A stretch of DNA of 43,171 nucleotides from contig NW_021835004.1 of NCBI RefSeq assembly GCF_006345805.1, forward strand, positions 1 to 43,171, given 5' to 3'. The notes beneath the pieces were generated by a model that saw nothing but the letters and a program-made list of their open reading frames with translations, was not told the origin of the DNA and made no database searches. Origin of the DNA: Octopus sinensis (taxonomy: Eukaryota). Within the stretch, counting starts at the first letter, position 1. Each line of letters starts with the position of its first letter. A program made the position numbers and the translations under genes. Below are positions 1-12,194 of the stretch, piece by piece.

Positions 1-198
1 TACCTATAAACATCTGATATTATGTATACTTTCCAAGTAACCCTGTGTCAAAAAGGCTCGTCAGGGACCTATGTTTCCCCCAAACTACGGCGTAGTCATC
101 GCGAATGAGTAAAGCTTCGGAGATATTTCTAATTAGTCTGACATAACATATGTAAATTCTATGCAAACAAAAGCACGTGCATGCACCTGCCCAACACA

Positions 199-281
<83 letters not shown>

Positions 282-537
282 ATGTCTGTCAGTCTGTCTG
301 TCTGTCTCTCTATCTATCTGTCTGTCTGTCTGTCTGCTTGCCTGTCTGCCAGCCTGTCTGTCTGTATATCTATCTGTCTATCTATCTATTTGTCTGTCTG
401 TCTGTCTGTCTCTCTGTCTGTCTATCTATCTGTTTGTCTGTCTGTCTGTCTGTCTGCCAGCTTGTCTCTCTGCCAGCTTGTCTGTCTGTATATCTATCTT
501 TCTATCTATCTATCATCTATCAACTATCTATCTATCT

Positions 538-586
<49 letters not shown>

Positions 587-630
587 TATAATCTATTCTA
601 TTTATATCTATCTATCTATCTATCTATCTT

Positions 631-661
<31 letters not shown>

Positions 662-712
662 ATCGGTCTATCTATCTATCTATTTATATATCTATCAATC
701 TATCTATCTATA
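199..712 (+). repeat. Compound (TCTA)n/(TCTG)n tetranucleotide microsatellite
   Basis: Directly visible; the IYLS/VCLS ORFs are its translation. Confidence 0.98.
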
Positions 713-1244
713 TAAAGTCATGGTACAATATGCACCTATTTGCTAGAAAGAAGAGTTAAAACTCTCCAAATCCACACAGCCGTACATATATCACTATATG
801 TAAACATGTACAGAGAATGTAGCAAATATACTAAAAAGAAACAGTCCTACCCATTTGCAAAACTACAAAGAGGAGGATAGATATCACAGTATCACTTGAT
901 TTCGCTTTCTGTGCCGAATTGATACCTAAAGCTCATGAACTAGGCTTTCTACGTAAATTATTAAAAAAAATATACTTACCATTCCCCGCGACTTTCAAAC
1001 GATCATTAGCGAGCAAGTATAAATTCAAAATTCAAATAGGTTATCATTATACGACAATAATGATGAAGTGACCAGCAAACATAACCAAATAGGCAAAAGT
1101 CAGGGCTTTAAATGTAGTTTTATAGATGGGGCGACTGTTATTTCTTTAGTATATTTACTACATTCTCCGTGCATGCTTACATTGAGTGAGAGGTGCGTAA
1201 CTTTGGAGAGTTTTAACTTTTCTTTCTAGCAAGCAGGTGCATAT

Positions 1245-1477
1245 ATAGTTCTTTATTGCCCACAGGGGCTAAACATAGAGGGGACAAACAAGGACAGACA
1301 AGGGGATTAAGTTGATTACATCGACCCCAGTGCATAACTGGTACTTATTTAATCGCCCTCGAAAGGATGAAAGGCAAAGTCGACCTCGGCAGAATTTGAA
1401 CTCAGAACACAAAGACAGACGAAATACTGTTAAGCATTTCACCTGGCGTGCTAACGTTTCTGTCAGGTCACCGCCTT
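1245..1477 (-). mobile_element. tRNA-derived SINE family A, A2 tail, with 14-bp TSD
   Basis: Minus strand has A-box-like head, B-box-like GAGTTCAAATTC, body and tail ending gcccctgtgggcaataaagaa; AAGCAGGTGCATAT at 1231-1244 and 1478-1491. Confidence 0.85.
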
Positions 1478-1504
1478 AAGCAGGTGCATATTGTACCTTG
1501 GTTG

Positions 1505-1700
1505 ATCGCTAGCCACTAAACCATTTAAAAAAATTTTCTCTCTTTGCTTATTCCTGTATTCCTTTATGTTGAAGAGCGTAGGCTCGAAACGTAAAAGACT
1601 TTCTCACTTCCCGAGCATTAAACTAACACATTTGTTTGTTGCTTACACACCCGTCTTCGTCTTTTGTTTTGTCCTTTTGTAAATTCCAACTATATATTTG
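1505..1700 (+). mobile_element. ~190-bp non-coding element with degenerate hammerhead-like motif (1562-1597)
   Basis: Homologous to 41672-41860. CTTT-ATGTTGA-A-GAGC(GTAG)GCTC-GAA-ACGT-A-AAAG, then T-rich tail and TATATA. Confidence 0.6.
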
Positions 1701-1799
1701 CCCATTTGGTTATGTTTGCTGACCACGTTATCATTATTTTTTTAATGATAAGGATAACCTATTTGAAATTTGTATATATATATATATATATACATATAA

Positions 1800-2703
1800 T
1801 CCTTAAATCCTTAGAAATATTTTAGCCCGAAGGCCGCGGCCATGCTGGGGCACCACCGCTGAATGAGCTACACTAATATGTGAATCCACCTCTGATACGT
1901 GGCACTTGATCAACAAGGGAGTTCGATGCTGCTGCCCGCATCTGCGTCTCCTGTCGTGAGGTAGGTTCATCTGGGACTCCCGATAAGAAGAGATCCAGTT
2001 TAGTTTTAAAGAAACCCACATCCACACCATGTAAGTCTCTCAGGCATTTAGGGAGGATGTTAAAGAGCTGTGGTCCTCTGAAACCCAAGCTGTTGCAGTA
2101 TATGGTCCTGTATTTTGATGGTGATGTTGGAATCTTTGGCACCATGCAGTGGCGCCCCGTTCTGCGGTTGGGGTAACTTTGAATGCAAAGTTTGGGACAA
2201 GACCCTCCAGGATTTTCCAGTGTATATCACCACATATCTCTCCCGCCTCCGCTCTAGGGAGAGAGGTTTAATACTTTCAGTCTTTCCCAGTAGCTGATAT
2301 TTTGCATTGAGACGATCTTCTTTGTGTAGCTTCTCTGAATTGCTTCGAGTTCTGCTGTTAGCTTTATATTGTGTGGTGACCATAGTTGGGAGCAGTAGTC
2401 CAAGCGGCTGAGGACGAATGTTTTCCAGAGGACCATCAGTGTCTACTTCTCTCTTCTTCTGAAAGTTCGGAGAATCCATCCAGCTAGCCGTCTGCATTTT
2501 ATCACCAGATTAGTAATATGCACTTGGAAAGATGTATCATTGCTCATGTCAATGCCTAGGTCACGCACTGATTTTGACTCAGGGATTGCAATTCTTCCTG
2601 GGCCAGTTTATCCAGTTTGCACGTCGTTTACCTTTGTGTGCCGGTAGCGCAGGGCCTGGAACTTACCTGCATTAAACTGCATGTTGTTGTCCTCTGCCCA
2701 CCT
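1800..2703 (-). mobile_element. CR1-group LINE, 5'-truncated, frameshifted RT C-terminus plus 3' UTR
   Basis: Translates WAEDNNMQFNAGKFQALRY...VRDLGI...VLSRLDYCSQLWSP...SYWERLKVLNL...LERRRERY...FLSGVPDEPT..RAAASNSLVDQ across stops and frameshifts. Confidence 0.9.
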
Positions 2704-3232
2704 GTATAATTAAGTAAATTGCAAAAAAATAATAATAAAAACGTATATAATTTGTATAATTTGTCATATATATATATATATATATATGTATATGACAAGA
2801 AATAATTTTTGCTTCTTTTTATGGTGACAAAATGGTTTCTAAAATTGTAAAAAAAAAATGCTAAACTGAAATTGAGATAGGGGAATGGCAATAGATGTGT
2901 TTGACTTGATTTTGTGGAACTCTCTCTCTTTTTTTAGTCGATTGATATTTGATCTTTAGTTAGATTTTTAGTCGCATGGCACGCTTTAGACTTTTTAATC
3001 GATTGTATATACCTTCTTGAGAGGCCATTCTATATATTTGTATTTTTATTTGCATATATATTTTGTACTTTCTGTGTTCTTAATATAGGTATTCTTTATA
3101 TGTAATGGTAATATATATATATGAACAAATGTACGGAAGCGTGGTGTGATATAAGGAAGGACGTTGACTCGAATTTGATGTTTGTTCTCTAATCAATATT
3201 ATATATATATATATATAGATATATATATATGA

Positions 3233-3427
3233 ACAATTGCATGCAGCGTGGAAGGGTTTATAAGCCATTTAAGAAACACACAAAAAACCGTTAGATTCAC
3301 TTCAACATTTAAATTAATTCGTCAAAATATTTCGTCGCTTTGAGACCGCGACCTGTTCACAGACAAAATACCGGTTTTTTTGCGTATTTCTTAAATGGCT
3401 TATAAACACCTTCCATGCTGCAATTGT
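3233..3427. repeat. Fold-back: ~55-bp inverted arms (3233-3290 / 3372-3427) around a hammerhead-like motif
   Basis: acaattgc..ggaagggtttataagccatttaagaaacacacaaaaaaccg is the near reverse complement of cggtttttttgcgtatttcttaaatggcttataaacaccttccatgctgcaattgt. Confidence 0.9.
3318..3367 (-). ncRNA. Hammerhead-like motif with G3-C8 core variant
   Basis: TTTGTCT-GTGAACA-G-GTCGC(GGTCTCAAA)GCGAC-GAA-ATATT-T-TGACGAA; 5-bp helix II, helix I 6/7 paired, helix III minimal. Confidence 0.5.
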
Positions 3428-3484
3428 ATTCGTTTCAGCACACGATCTTAGATCAGGTCACTTACTATGCAAGTATCTCCGTAT

Positions 3485-3515
<31 letters not shown>

Positions 3516-3527
<12 letters not shown>

Positions 3528-4028
3528 TGAATTTCTAAATGTCTCATAGAGACATGAGCGGTGGTGGAGCGATAGAGTGGTTGCATAATGTCAACATAAC
3601 GTGACGGTCCCGTAGAGGGAATTACACCACCGCTATATAGTCCTAGGAAGCATCGACGCTTCCTGTCGGCTTTGACACATTTCCTGTGTCCTTATACTTG
3701 CAAAGGGGGAGGCAAGCACCCCACCAGCTAGGACTAGCAACCTGAAGACATGCATGTTTCTGGGTCTTGCCCGTAATCAGTCCAGGGTGGCGAGATCCCG
3801 CTAGCGGTGATATTGCCAGGCCTCCGCAAATATATATATTTACAGTGAAATCTATTCACTGGTCACCGTCACGTTATGTCGACATTATGCAACCTCTCTA
3901 TCGCTCCACCACCGCTCATGTCTCTATGAGACATTTAGAAATTCAATATTTCTAATTACGGTGACCAGTGAATAGATTTCACTGTAAATATATATATTTG
4001 CGGAGGCTTGGCAAGTGTCACCGCTAGC
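3516..4028. repeat. Interleaved inverted repeats A(3516-3607)..B(3800-3867)-A'(3863-3955)-B'(3958-4028); probable Penelope-like pLTR with inverted partial copy
   Basis: Both arm pairs (~92 and ~70 bp) checked by eye as near-perfect reverse complements; the spacer holds a hammerhead-like motif. Confidence 0.85.
3741..3786 (-). ncRNA. Type I hammerhead-like motif, single core deviation (G8U)
   Basis: CCTGGA-CTGATTA-CGGG(CAAGA)CCCA-GAA-ACATGCATGT-C-TTCAGG; GUC triplet, palindromic helix III, 6-bp helix I. Confidence 0.65.
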
Positions 4029-4029
4029 A

Positions 4030-4230
4030 TTTGGCATTGTTGAGAGTTCCAGATGAACCTACCTCGCGGCAGGAGGCGCAAATGAGGGTAGCGACATCAA
4101 ACTCCCTTATTCACCAAAATGCCACATAGCAGAGGAGGCCCTCAATAATAACAGTGTAGCAAAACGGCTCTGCCCCAGGATGGCCACAGCTTTGAGCTGA
4201 AACTGATAAAGCAATAAAACAATAAAACAA
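4030..4230 (+). mobile_element. CR1-group LINE extreme 3' end, same family as 1800-2703
   Basis: Translates LRVPDEPTSRQEAQMRVATSNSLIHQ; UTR ends gccccaggatggccacagctttgagctgaaac plus (ATAAAAC)n. Confidence 0.85.
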
Positions 4231-4251
4231 TATATATATAAATATATAAAG

Positions 4252-4387
4252 CATCGTTCTTTGTGTTACTTGTCCTGTTTTCAATTTCTCTCTCGTTGTT
4301 TGCATATTTAACTCGCTTGTTTTCGTATTTCATTTTTGTTTACAGTTGGTGGCGTCCTGTACTCATACACACACACACACGCACACA

Positions 4388-4418
<31 letters not shown>

Positions 4419-5450
4419 CACACACACGCGCACACACATAACATCTTTATTCCCCCCTGTGCCTGTGAAATCTTGTATATCTGCCGCAAGGCTTTATTTC
4501 CACACACACCAGCTTAATTCAATTCGTCATTTGTCGAAAGACACCTGTTGTTATGTCCTGCTATTTGTATTTGTGTAACATTCTCCGTTGTTTTTTCCCG
4601 TCCTTGTTTTCGTATATATTCGCTGCGTTCTTCCTAGGAATCTAATGCTCTCAGCTTAGTTTTTCCTTAGTATAACCGGCCGAAATTGCAAAGATAATAT
4701 GGAACTCGATTAAGGAAAGAATGACCCGTCCTTGTTTTCTTTGAGTCGTCTATCGGGATGTTTTGTTGTCCCTTTTTTTGTATCACCTAACTGTCTGGAT
4801 ATTTTGCGTTCTTATCCCATTTTGTATTTTATATATATACATATTTGTGTTAAATTCAAATTACGAATTATTTATATTATTCTTTGAACCACTCGCTTCC
4901 ATTTCCAAGTAAGTTTATCTTAACCTTTTTGATGCGACTCTTATTCTATACTGTTTTCCCCCCATCCTTCTCTAAATCCGTTTTTTCTCCCCTTCACCGT
5001 TTTCTATCACTCTCTCCCTCCCCCTCTTTCTCTTTTCCACTCTCTCGTTGATCACACGGACGTCTAGGCGCTAGACCTCTTCTATCTCTCTCTTCTATCT
5101 TTTCTCTTTTCAAAGAAAATATTCCTTCCAGCATTCACTGTTTTTCCCCTCGTTCTGTTTGTTTTCGTCCGGTTTCCTTGTATGTCCCCACTGTCCTGCT
5201 TTTGTTCCCAACTTTGAGTCTCCATAAAATCCAAAATCTATTTTGGAAGTCATGGAAGCAACTGTCTTCGAGGACTCATATTGTCGCTCAATGCTCGGAA
5301 TGAGGAGTAGAGAGACGACCGACAACTAATGAAAGGTCGTTCTTTGTGTTACTTGTCCTGTTTTCATTTTTATTCTCGTGGTTTGCGTATTTAATCCACT
5401 TGTTTTCGTATTTCATGTTGTTTACTGTTGGTTACGTCCTGTACCCATAT
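4252..5450 (+). repeat. Unclassified pyrimidine-rich interspersed repeat region; ~105-bp segment duplicated at 4252-4358 and 5337-5448
   Basis: Both copies read cgttctttgtgttacttgtcctgttttca...gtcctgtac; family not identifiable from sequence alone. Confidence 0.5.
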
Positions 5451-5579
5451 ACGCATGATGTACATAAAAGGCGTGAAGTTTGTATTTATTCCACTGCTAA
5501 TTACGCTCTAAATTGCCGTATACAGTTTATAGCAGGACAAATTTAATCGCTGGGGATAGACTTATTTCGGAATGCGAGT

Positions 5580-5592
5580 GTATGTGTGTGTA

Positions 5593-5636
<44 letters not shown>

Positions 5637-6065
5637 TATATATAGATATATTATATATATATATATACATACATACATATGTGTATATACATACATACAT
5701 ACATACATACTACATACTACATACATACATACATAGGCACATATATATATGCGTGTGTGTGTGTCTATGTATGTATGTGTATGCATGTATATACATACAT
5801 ACATAAATTCATACGTGCGTATATACATAGTATGTATTAACAAATATTATAAAACCGGAACAATATGGTGGATACGATGGAAGACAAGGAGCTTATCAGT
5901 TGATGAGATTTCATGGAAGAAACAAAAACAATAAACGAATAAATATTTAACACAAGCGCACATAGACACACACACACACATACATATACATATACAAACA
6001 CATATGTACACACACGCACAAACACACACATATATACATATACACATATACGCACACAACACACT
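5580..6065. repeat. (TA)n/(TACA)n/(CA)n microsatellites
   Basis: Directly visible. Confidence 0.95.
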
Positions 6066-6189
6066 AGATACATGAGTGTCTGTTTAAGTAAGCACCCCTT
6101 TTTGCCTACCCCCACCCTTTATATTTATTTATTTTTATTTTAGATTCATATTTTCTTTGGTATGGCATTTGTTATATGTTGACCACGAC

Positions 6190-6205
6190 GCTGATAATAA
6201 TAATG

Positions 6206-6240
<35 letters not shown>

Positions 6241-6363
6241 TAATAATAATAATAATAATAAAAAATAATAATATATTAATAATAATGATAATAATAATAA
6301 TATAATAATAATAATAATATAATAATAATAATAAAAATAATAATAATAATAGTAATAATAATG

Positions 6364-6421
<58 letters not shown>

Positions 6422-6723
6422 TAATATAATAATAATACATAATGATAAAATAATAAAATATAATAATAATAATAATAATAATAATATAGAATAATAATAA
6501 TAATAATGATGATGATGTGATGATGATAATATATAATAATAATGATAATAATAATAAAAATAATAATAATAATAATACTAACAATAATAAAAATGGTAAC
6601 AAAATGATAACGACGAAGAATATCGACGGAAAAGTATATAAGGGAGAACAACAGTGATAATGTGCAACAGCAACAAGGACAGTAGTAATGATAGTGATGA
6701 TGTTGTTGATGACGATGATGACT

Positions 6724-6759
<36 letters not shown>

Positions 6760-6804
6760 GTGATGGTGATGATGATGATGATGATGATGTTGGTTATGAT
6801 GATG

Positions 6805-6836
<32 letters not shown>

Positions 6837-6994
6837 GACGATGATGATGGTTATGATGATGATAATAATGATGATGATGATGATGGTGATTGTGACAATG
6901 ATGATGATGGTGATGGCGATGATGATGATGATGAGAATAATGGTGCTACAACTGCTACTGATCATGGTGGTTACGATAATGATATCAATATAGT

Positions 6995-7057
<63 letters not shown>

Positions 7058-7439
7058 CACCACCACCACTACTGCTGCTGGTGTTGCTGTTATTGTTTTG
7101 GTTGGTGGTGGTGGTGATAGGGGTGTTATGTGTTGGAAGTCTCCAGAATATTGATGTGAATTTTTTGTTTTGTTTTGGTAATTTTTATTTTGTGTTTGTT
7201 GGTTTGTTTTTCACTCCATTTCCGGTAGTTAAGACCTACATCGTTTTTGAATAGATAACGGCAGCAACAACAACAACAGCAACAACAACATCCTCGATTA
7301 CATCGTCAGCAACGACGACGACGACGATGACGACGACGGAGACAACCTCGGCGCATCGACACCGGCGACGGACATTGACGGAAGCAAACGACGACGCTGA
7401 AAAGCTGTAACAACATTAGACCGCAGAAATAACATCAGT

Positions 7440-7472
<33 letters not shown>

Positions 7473-7760
7473 AACAACATCAACAACGACAACAACAACA
7501 ACAACAGCCGCAGCAGTAGCAGCAGCAACAGCAACGCCAAGAACAACAAGACTTAGAATGCTGACATTATTAACAGGAACAAGGAATGAAGCTAAATAGA
7601 AATTACCGACAGCAAGAACAACTGCAACCACAAGAACTTCAAGAACAATAAAGACCATAATAGTAACAGCAACACTAGCTACAGCTGACGTTGTCATAGC
7701 AACAATGACTTTACCACCACCACCACCACCACCAGCACCACCACAACCACCATCACCACA
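6190..7760. repeat. Compound trinucleotide arrays (AAT, GAT, ACT, ACC, AAC, GAC)
   Basis: Directly visible; source of poly-I/Y/D/M/T ORFs. Confidence 0.95.
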
Positions 7761-7775
7761 AGCACTACCAGCACC

Positions 7776-7930
7776 AGTTCAAATTCCGCCAATGTCGACT
7801 TTACCTGTCATCCTTTCGGGGTCGATTAAATAAGTACCAGTTACTCACTGGTGTCGATGTAATCGACTTAATCCCTTTCCCCAAATTTTAGGCTATGTGC
7901 TTCCAGCAGAAAGGATTATTATTATTATTA
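7776..7930 (+). mobile_element. SINE A 3' part with A1 tail ending in (ATT)n
   Basis: agttcaaattccgcc...ggggtcgattaaataagtaccag...gtgcttccagcagaaaggattatt. Confidence 0.8.
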
Positions 7931-7932
7931 TT

Positions 7933-8492
7933 GTTGAGTGAGAAGCAGTGCATGCCATCAAAGTGACACTGGGGTAAAATATAAGAAGCCCAGTATACCC
8001 ATCATGACTACCCGTCTGATAAGGGTACACCAGACACATGCATCACAACCATGTGTGCGCGACATGGTGATCTCATATCAAGATAAACAGCACATGACCT
8101 TGCAGGTGGGGCTCAGTTAGAATTTTCTTCTGGTCGAGTAACCCATCGCGCTCAAAAGGTCCTTGAATAAGGGTTGTTTAAGGATGTTGAACGAAACACC
8201 TATGCTTCCAGAGGTGAATTATTCAAACTCCATAGAATCCCTCTCAACACATGGCTATGATGCTCCCCCACTACTTCTGCTCGTGATCAGAGATGCACAT
8301 ATCGTCAGCCACTAAGGGACATGCTCAACTGGTTAAAGTCAAACAACTGACAAGCAAATCTGTGGTATTGAGCAGAATATTTGATGTAGCCCATCTTTTA
8401 TACCAAGACAAAACAATGTACATCATAACACTTCCAATCAGTTAAGATCAGAAGCCACGAGAGCCACTGCCTGGTATTGCATCAGGGCATTA
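7933..8492 (+). mobile_element. Unclassified ~560-bp probable retroposed element between (ATT)n tracts
   Basis: Complex sequence with no ORF, ending gcatcagggca(TTA)n; I recognise it as an octopus-type repeat but cannot verify this. Confidence 0.4.
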
Positions 8493-8504
8493 TTATTATT
8501 ATTA

Positions 8505-8563
<59 letters not shown>

Positions 8564-8570
8564 GTTATTA

Positions 8571-8614
<44 letters not shown>

Positions 8615-8623
8615 TATTATTAT

Positions 8624-8659
<36 letters not shown>

Positions 8660-8664
8660 CAGCA

Positions 8665-8830
8665 GCAGCAGCCGTTCAAGAATTTGTAGCTGGAGATCTC
8701 CATTTCCAGCGACTTCGAGGGCCACCTCCCAGTGGTGTTGGGCGTCAACGAAGAGCCCTCGACTACAACAAGACGACCAAAGTTTTATTTTTCCAAGGTC
8801 TGGGACCTCCCGCCCCTAAGCCCTAGTCCA
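8665..8830 (-). mobile_element. Possible decayed RTE-type LINE 3' end
   Basis: Minus frame with stops gives SRALR*RPTPLGGGPRSRWK, resembling the RTE W-RP..GRPR.RW motif, followed by a simple-repeat tail. Confidence 0.3.
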
Positions 8831-8897
8831 TCACCTAATCACCCTTACCTGTCTTGTTGCTTAACAACAGCAACAGCAACCACCAACAGCAACAACA

Positions 8898-9260
8898 GGA
8901 GGCCCAATGACCCAATGGTTAGCGCAGCGGACTCGCGGACGGAGGATGGCTGTTTCGATTCCCAGACCGGTCGTTGTGTGTGTTTACTGAGCGAAAACAC
9001 CTAAAGCTCCACGACCCTCCGGCAGGGGGTGGTGGTGACCCCTGTTGTACTCTTTCACCCCAACTTTCTCTCACTCTTTCTTCCTGTTTCTTGTCCCCGA
9101 CTTCCTACGCAACCGCTGAGCCTGGATGCGCATACATCCATCCGTCGATGCTCTCGGTGTCGAGGGTTGACCTGCTTTCTCTTCTGCGGGTCTTACGAAT
9201 AGCAAAGGGTCACGTTTCGGACTTCTCCCATCTTGCGAGCTCTGGGACGAAGACCGTTCG
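8898..9260 (+). mobile_element. tRNA-derived SINE family C, tail type 1
   Basis: Head ggaggcccaatgacccaatggttag...gtttcgattccc; body homologous to the minus copies at 19167-19484 and 30050-30326. Confidence 0.8.
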
Positions 9261-9748
9261 CTCAACAGCAACAGCAACCAACAACAACAACAATAGCAGT
9301 AACGACTGCAAAAGTATGTGAAAATTACACTGACCAATAAAAAGTTCTTGATGGTCATGGTTGGGACGTGGTTTTGTTCATAATTGTGTTCGATCAAGAT
9401 TAACCTGCCATTAAGCAATTCTTTCTACTCTTCACATGGAGCCAGCAATTGTGAGGGGGAGTGGGGGAAAAGTCAATTATATCGACCTCAATGTTCGATT
9501 TGTACTTTAATTCATCGACACCCCGGGAGAAGGAAAAGTATAGTTGGTTTCAGTGTGGTTTGAACTCAGAAAGTAAAACCGGAAGTGATGTCACTAGGCA
9601 TTTTGTTCGGTGCAAAAGTGATTCTACCAGTTGGCCACCTGGTGCTAAACAATTACAGCAATAACGACAACATTTTTTGTTACATTGGGAGAAACTCACA
9701 AGTCTGACCACCGTATTTTCCTCATCATTATCCACTTCTGGACGTTTT

Positions 9749-10085
9749 GAAGGCACACGGTTTAGTGGTTAGAGCGTTGGGTTCACAATCATGAGGTAGT
9801 GGGTTCGATTCCAGGAGCGGGCTGTGTGTTGTGCTCTTGAGCAAGACACTTTGTTTCACATTGCTCCAGTTCACTCAGCTGTAGAAATGAGTTGCGACGT
9901 CACTGGTGCCAAGCTGTATCGGCCCCTTTGCATTTCCCTTGGATAACATCGGTGGCATGAAGAGGGGAGGCTGGTATGCATGGATGACTGCTGGTCTTCC
10001 ATAAACAACTTTGCCAGAACTTGTGTCTAGGGTAACTTACTAGGTGTAATTCTATGGTCATTCAAGACCGAAGGGGTTGTTCCTT
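9749..10085 (+). mobile_element. tRNA-derived SINE family D
   Basis: A box tagtggttag, B box ggttcgattcc, core ttgagcaagacactt..cagctg..aatgagttg shared with 33435-33754. Confidence 0.8.
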
Positions 10086-10090
10086 CTTTC

Positions 10091-10097
<7 letters not shown>

Positions 10098-10178
<81 letters not shown>

Positions 10179-10500
10179 GTCTATCTATCTATCTATCTAT
10201 TTATCTTTGTGTGTGTGTGTGTGCGTGTGTGTGTGAGCGCCCGTGTGTATGCGTGTGATGCAGCATGTGTGTCCGTGTTTTCCACCCTCGCCCGCTTGAC
10301 AACCGGTGCTAATGTGTTGCAATCTAGCGGTTTGTGACTAGAGACCAATTGGGTGGGTGAGTACCAATCTTAAAAGAAAACAAAACCCCTATATATTGGA
10401 GTCGATTTGGTCGAATAAAACCCTTCGAAGCGCTGCCACAGCATGGCCGCAGTCGAATGACTGAAGCAGATGAATGATAAAAAAAATATAAAGATAAAAG
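10098..10500 (+). mobile_element. (TCTA)n tract followed by SINE B 3' half
   Basis: gcttgacaaccggtgc...cagcatggccgcagtcgaatgactgaa tail. Confidence 0.7.
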
Positions 10501-11153
10501 AAAAATATGTACTCGACAGTTTAAAAATGTCCTTATTTTTGTTGTGGTGTCCGTATATCATAAACTGATATCATATCGAAGACTTTGATTATGCCCTCCA
10601 TTTTGTTCCATAGTAAAGGTTGTTTAAAGCGTGACGTCCAAGCTTGTTTTATTACCGTCTTTATATATACTACTTGTTTCAGTCAGTGCATTGCCGCAAT
10701 GCAGGATTTTATCGAACGAACTGACTCTAGTAATTATTAATATTTTTAAAATGTCTGATACTTATTTTATCAGGCTCTTTGCGAAACTGCTAAGTTACCG
10801 GAACACAAGCAAACCAACACGGGTTGCCGAATGATGGTGGGGGACAAACACACACCACACACACACACACATACACACACACACACACACACATACACCG
10901 GCGGTATACACATACACACACAAATACATATACATAATTCTTTCTAATTTTTGGCACAAGAACAGCAATTTTCAAAGGTTGCGGAAGTAGCTTAGATCGG
11001 CTCCGTGAAAGCTGAAACGTAAAGCCTACTTCAGCGGAATTTGAACCTAGAATGTAAAGCCAGAGGTGTCCCAGTTGATCAGGTCAACGGACAGCGTGCT
11101 CGAGGAATTTAATGCTCAAGTGACCGAGCACTACGCAGACATGGTTTTATATC

Positions 11154-11281
11154 ACATCGACCCCGAAAGGTTCAAAAGCAAAGTCGACCTTAGTGGAATT
11201 TGAACTCAGAACGTCAAGGCGGACGAAATGCTGCTTAGCGTTTAACTCGTCGTGCTAACGATTCTGCCCGCTCGCCGCCTT
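11154..11281 (-). mobile_element. SINE A copy
   Basis: cgaccccgaaagg...gtcgacc...gaatttgaactcagaacg...gctcgccgcctt. Confidence 0.8.
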
Positions 11282-11504
11282 ATATAATGATGATGATGAT
11301 GATGATGATGATGATAATAATAATGATAATTAGGGGCTACAACGTGGAACAAATAGGGGCTGCAATAAGGGTGGTGCACTTGAAGAAAACACACTGCTTG
11401 GAACCGCTCGAATACTCCGGAAGGTATTCGAAAACTAAGAGGTTTTACCTTAATTCACTGGTAGTGAACAGCTGACAAAACTGTGCAAAGGCAATGATAA
11501 TAAT

Positions 11505-12098
11505 AATAGCCTTTTCTACTGGAAGCACAAGGCCTCAAACTTGGGGGAAGGGATTAAGTCGGTTACATTGAACCATGTATGCAACTGGTACTTAATTTAT
11601 CGATCCCGAAAGGATGAAAGGCAAAGTCAACCTCGGCGAAATTTGAACTCAGAATGTAGCGGCAGACGAAATACCTATTTCTTTACTACCCACAAGGGGC
11701 TAAACACAGAAGGGACAAGCAAGTACAGACAGACGGATTAAGTCGATTACATAGACCCCAGTGCGTAACTGGTACTTATTTAATCGACCCCGAAAGGATG
11801 AAAGGAAAAGTCGACCTTGGCGGAATTTGAACTTAGAACGTAGCAGCAGACGAAATACCTATTTCTATTTCTTTATTACCCACAAGGGGCTAAACATAGA
11901 GGGGGCAAACAAGGACAGACATAGGTATTAAGTCGATTACATCGACCCCAGTGTGTAACTGGTACTTAATTTATCGACCCCGAAAGGATGAAAGGAAAAG
12001 TCGACCTTGGCGGAATTTGAACTTAGAACGTAGCAGCAGACGAAATACCGCTAAGCATTTCGCCCGCCGTGCTAACGATTCTGCTAGATCACTGCCTT
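11505..12098 (-). mobile_element. Head-to-tail SINE A trimer (A2-A2-A1)
   Basis: Three bodies; junctions gaaatac|ctatttc at 11674/11675 and 11858/11859. Confidence 0.85.
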
Positions 12099-12110
12099 AT
12101 ATGATGATGA

Positions 12111-12151
<41 letters not shown>

Positions 12152-12194
12152 AATAATAATAATAATAATGATAATAATAATAATAATAATAATA

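Noticed and set aside
20-75. CTGACGA..GAAA on the minus strand
   Set aside because: No helix II closing pair, no helix I partner, no UH after helix III
161-746. Long ORFs (IYLS, HTYI, poly-I/D/M/P types) here and throughout
   Set aside because: They are translations of tetra-, tri- and dinucleotide microsatellites, open in several frames at once
970-1020. ATACTTACC: U1 snRNA start, or minus-strand splice donor GGTAAGTAT
   Set aside because: No U1 body follows; no acceptor or recognisable exon for the donor
8255-8320. CTGACGA on the minus strand inside the 560-bp element
   Set aside because: Followed by GAAG rather than GAAA, and no valid helix III or UH
8689-8860. Possible plus-strand exon LEISISSDFEGHLPVVLGVNEEP after tttgtag
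   Set aside because: No homology recognised, weak donor, runs into a SINE; a minus-strand RTE remnant explains it at least as well
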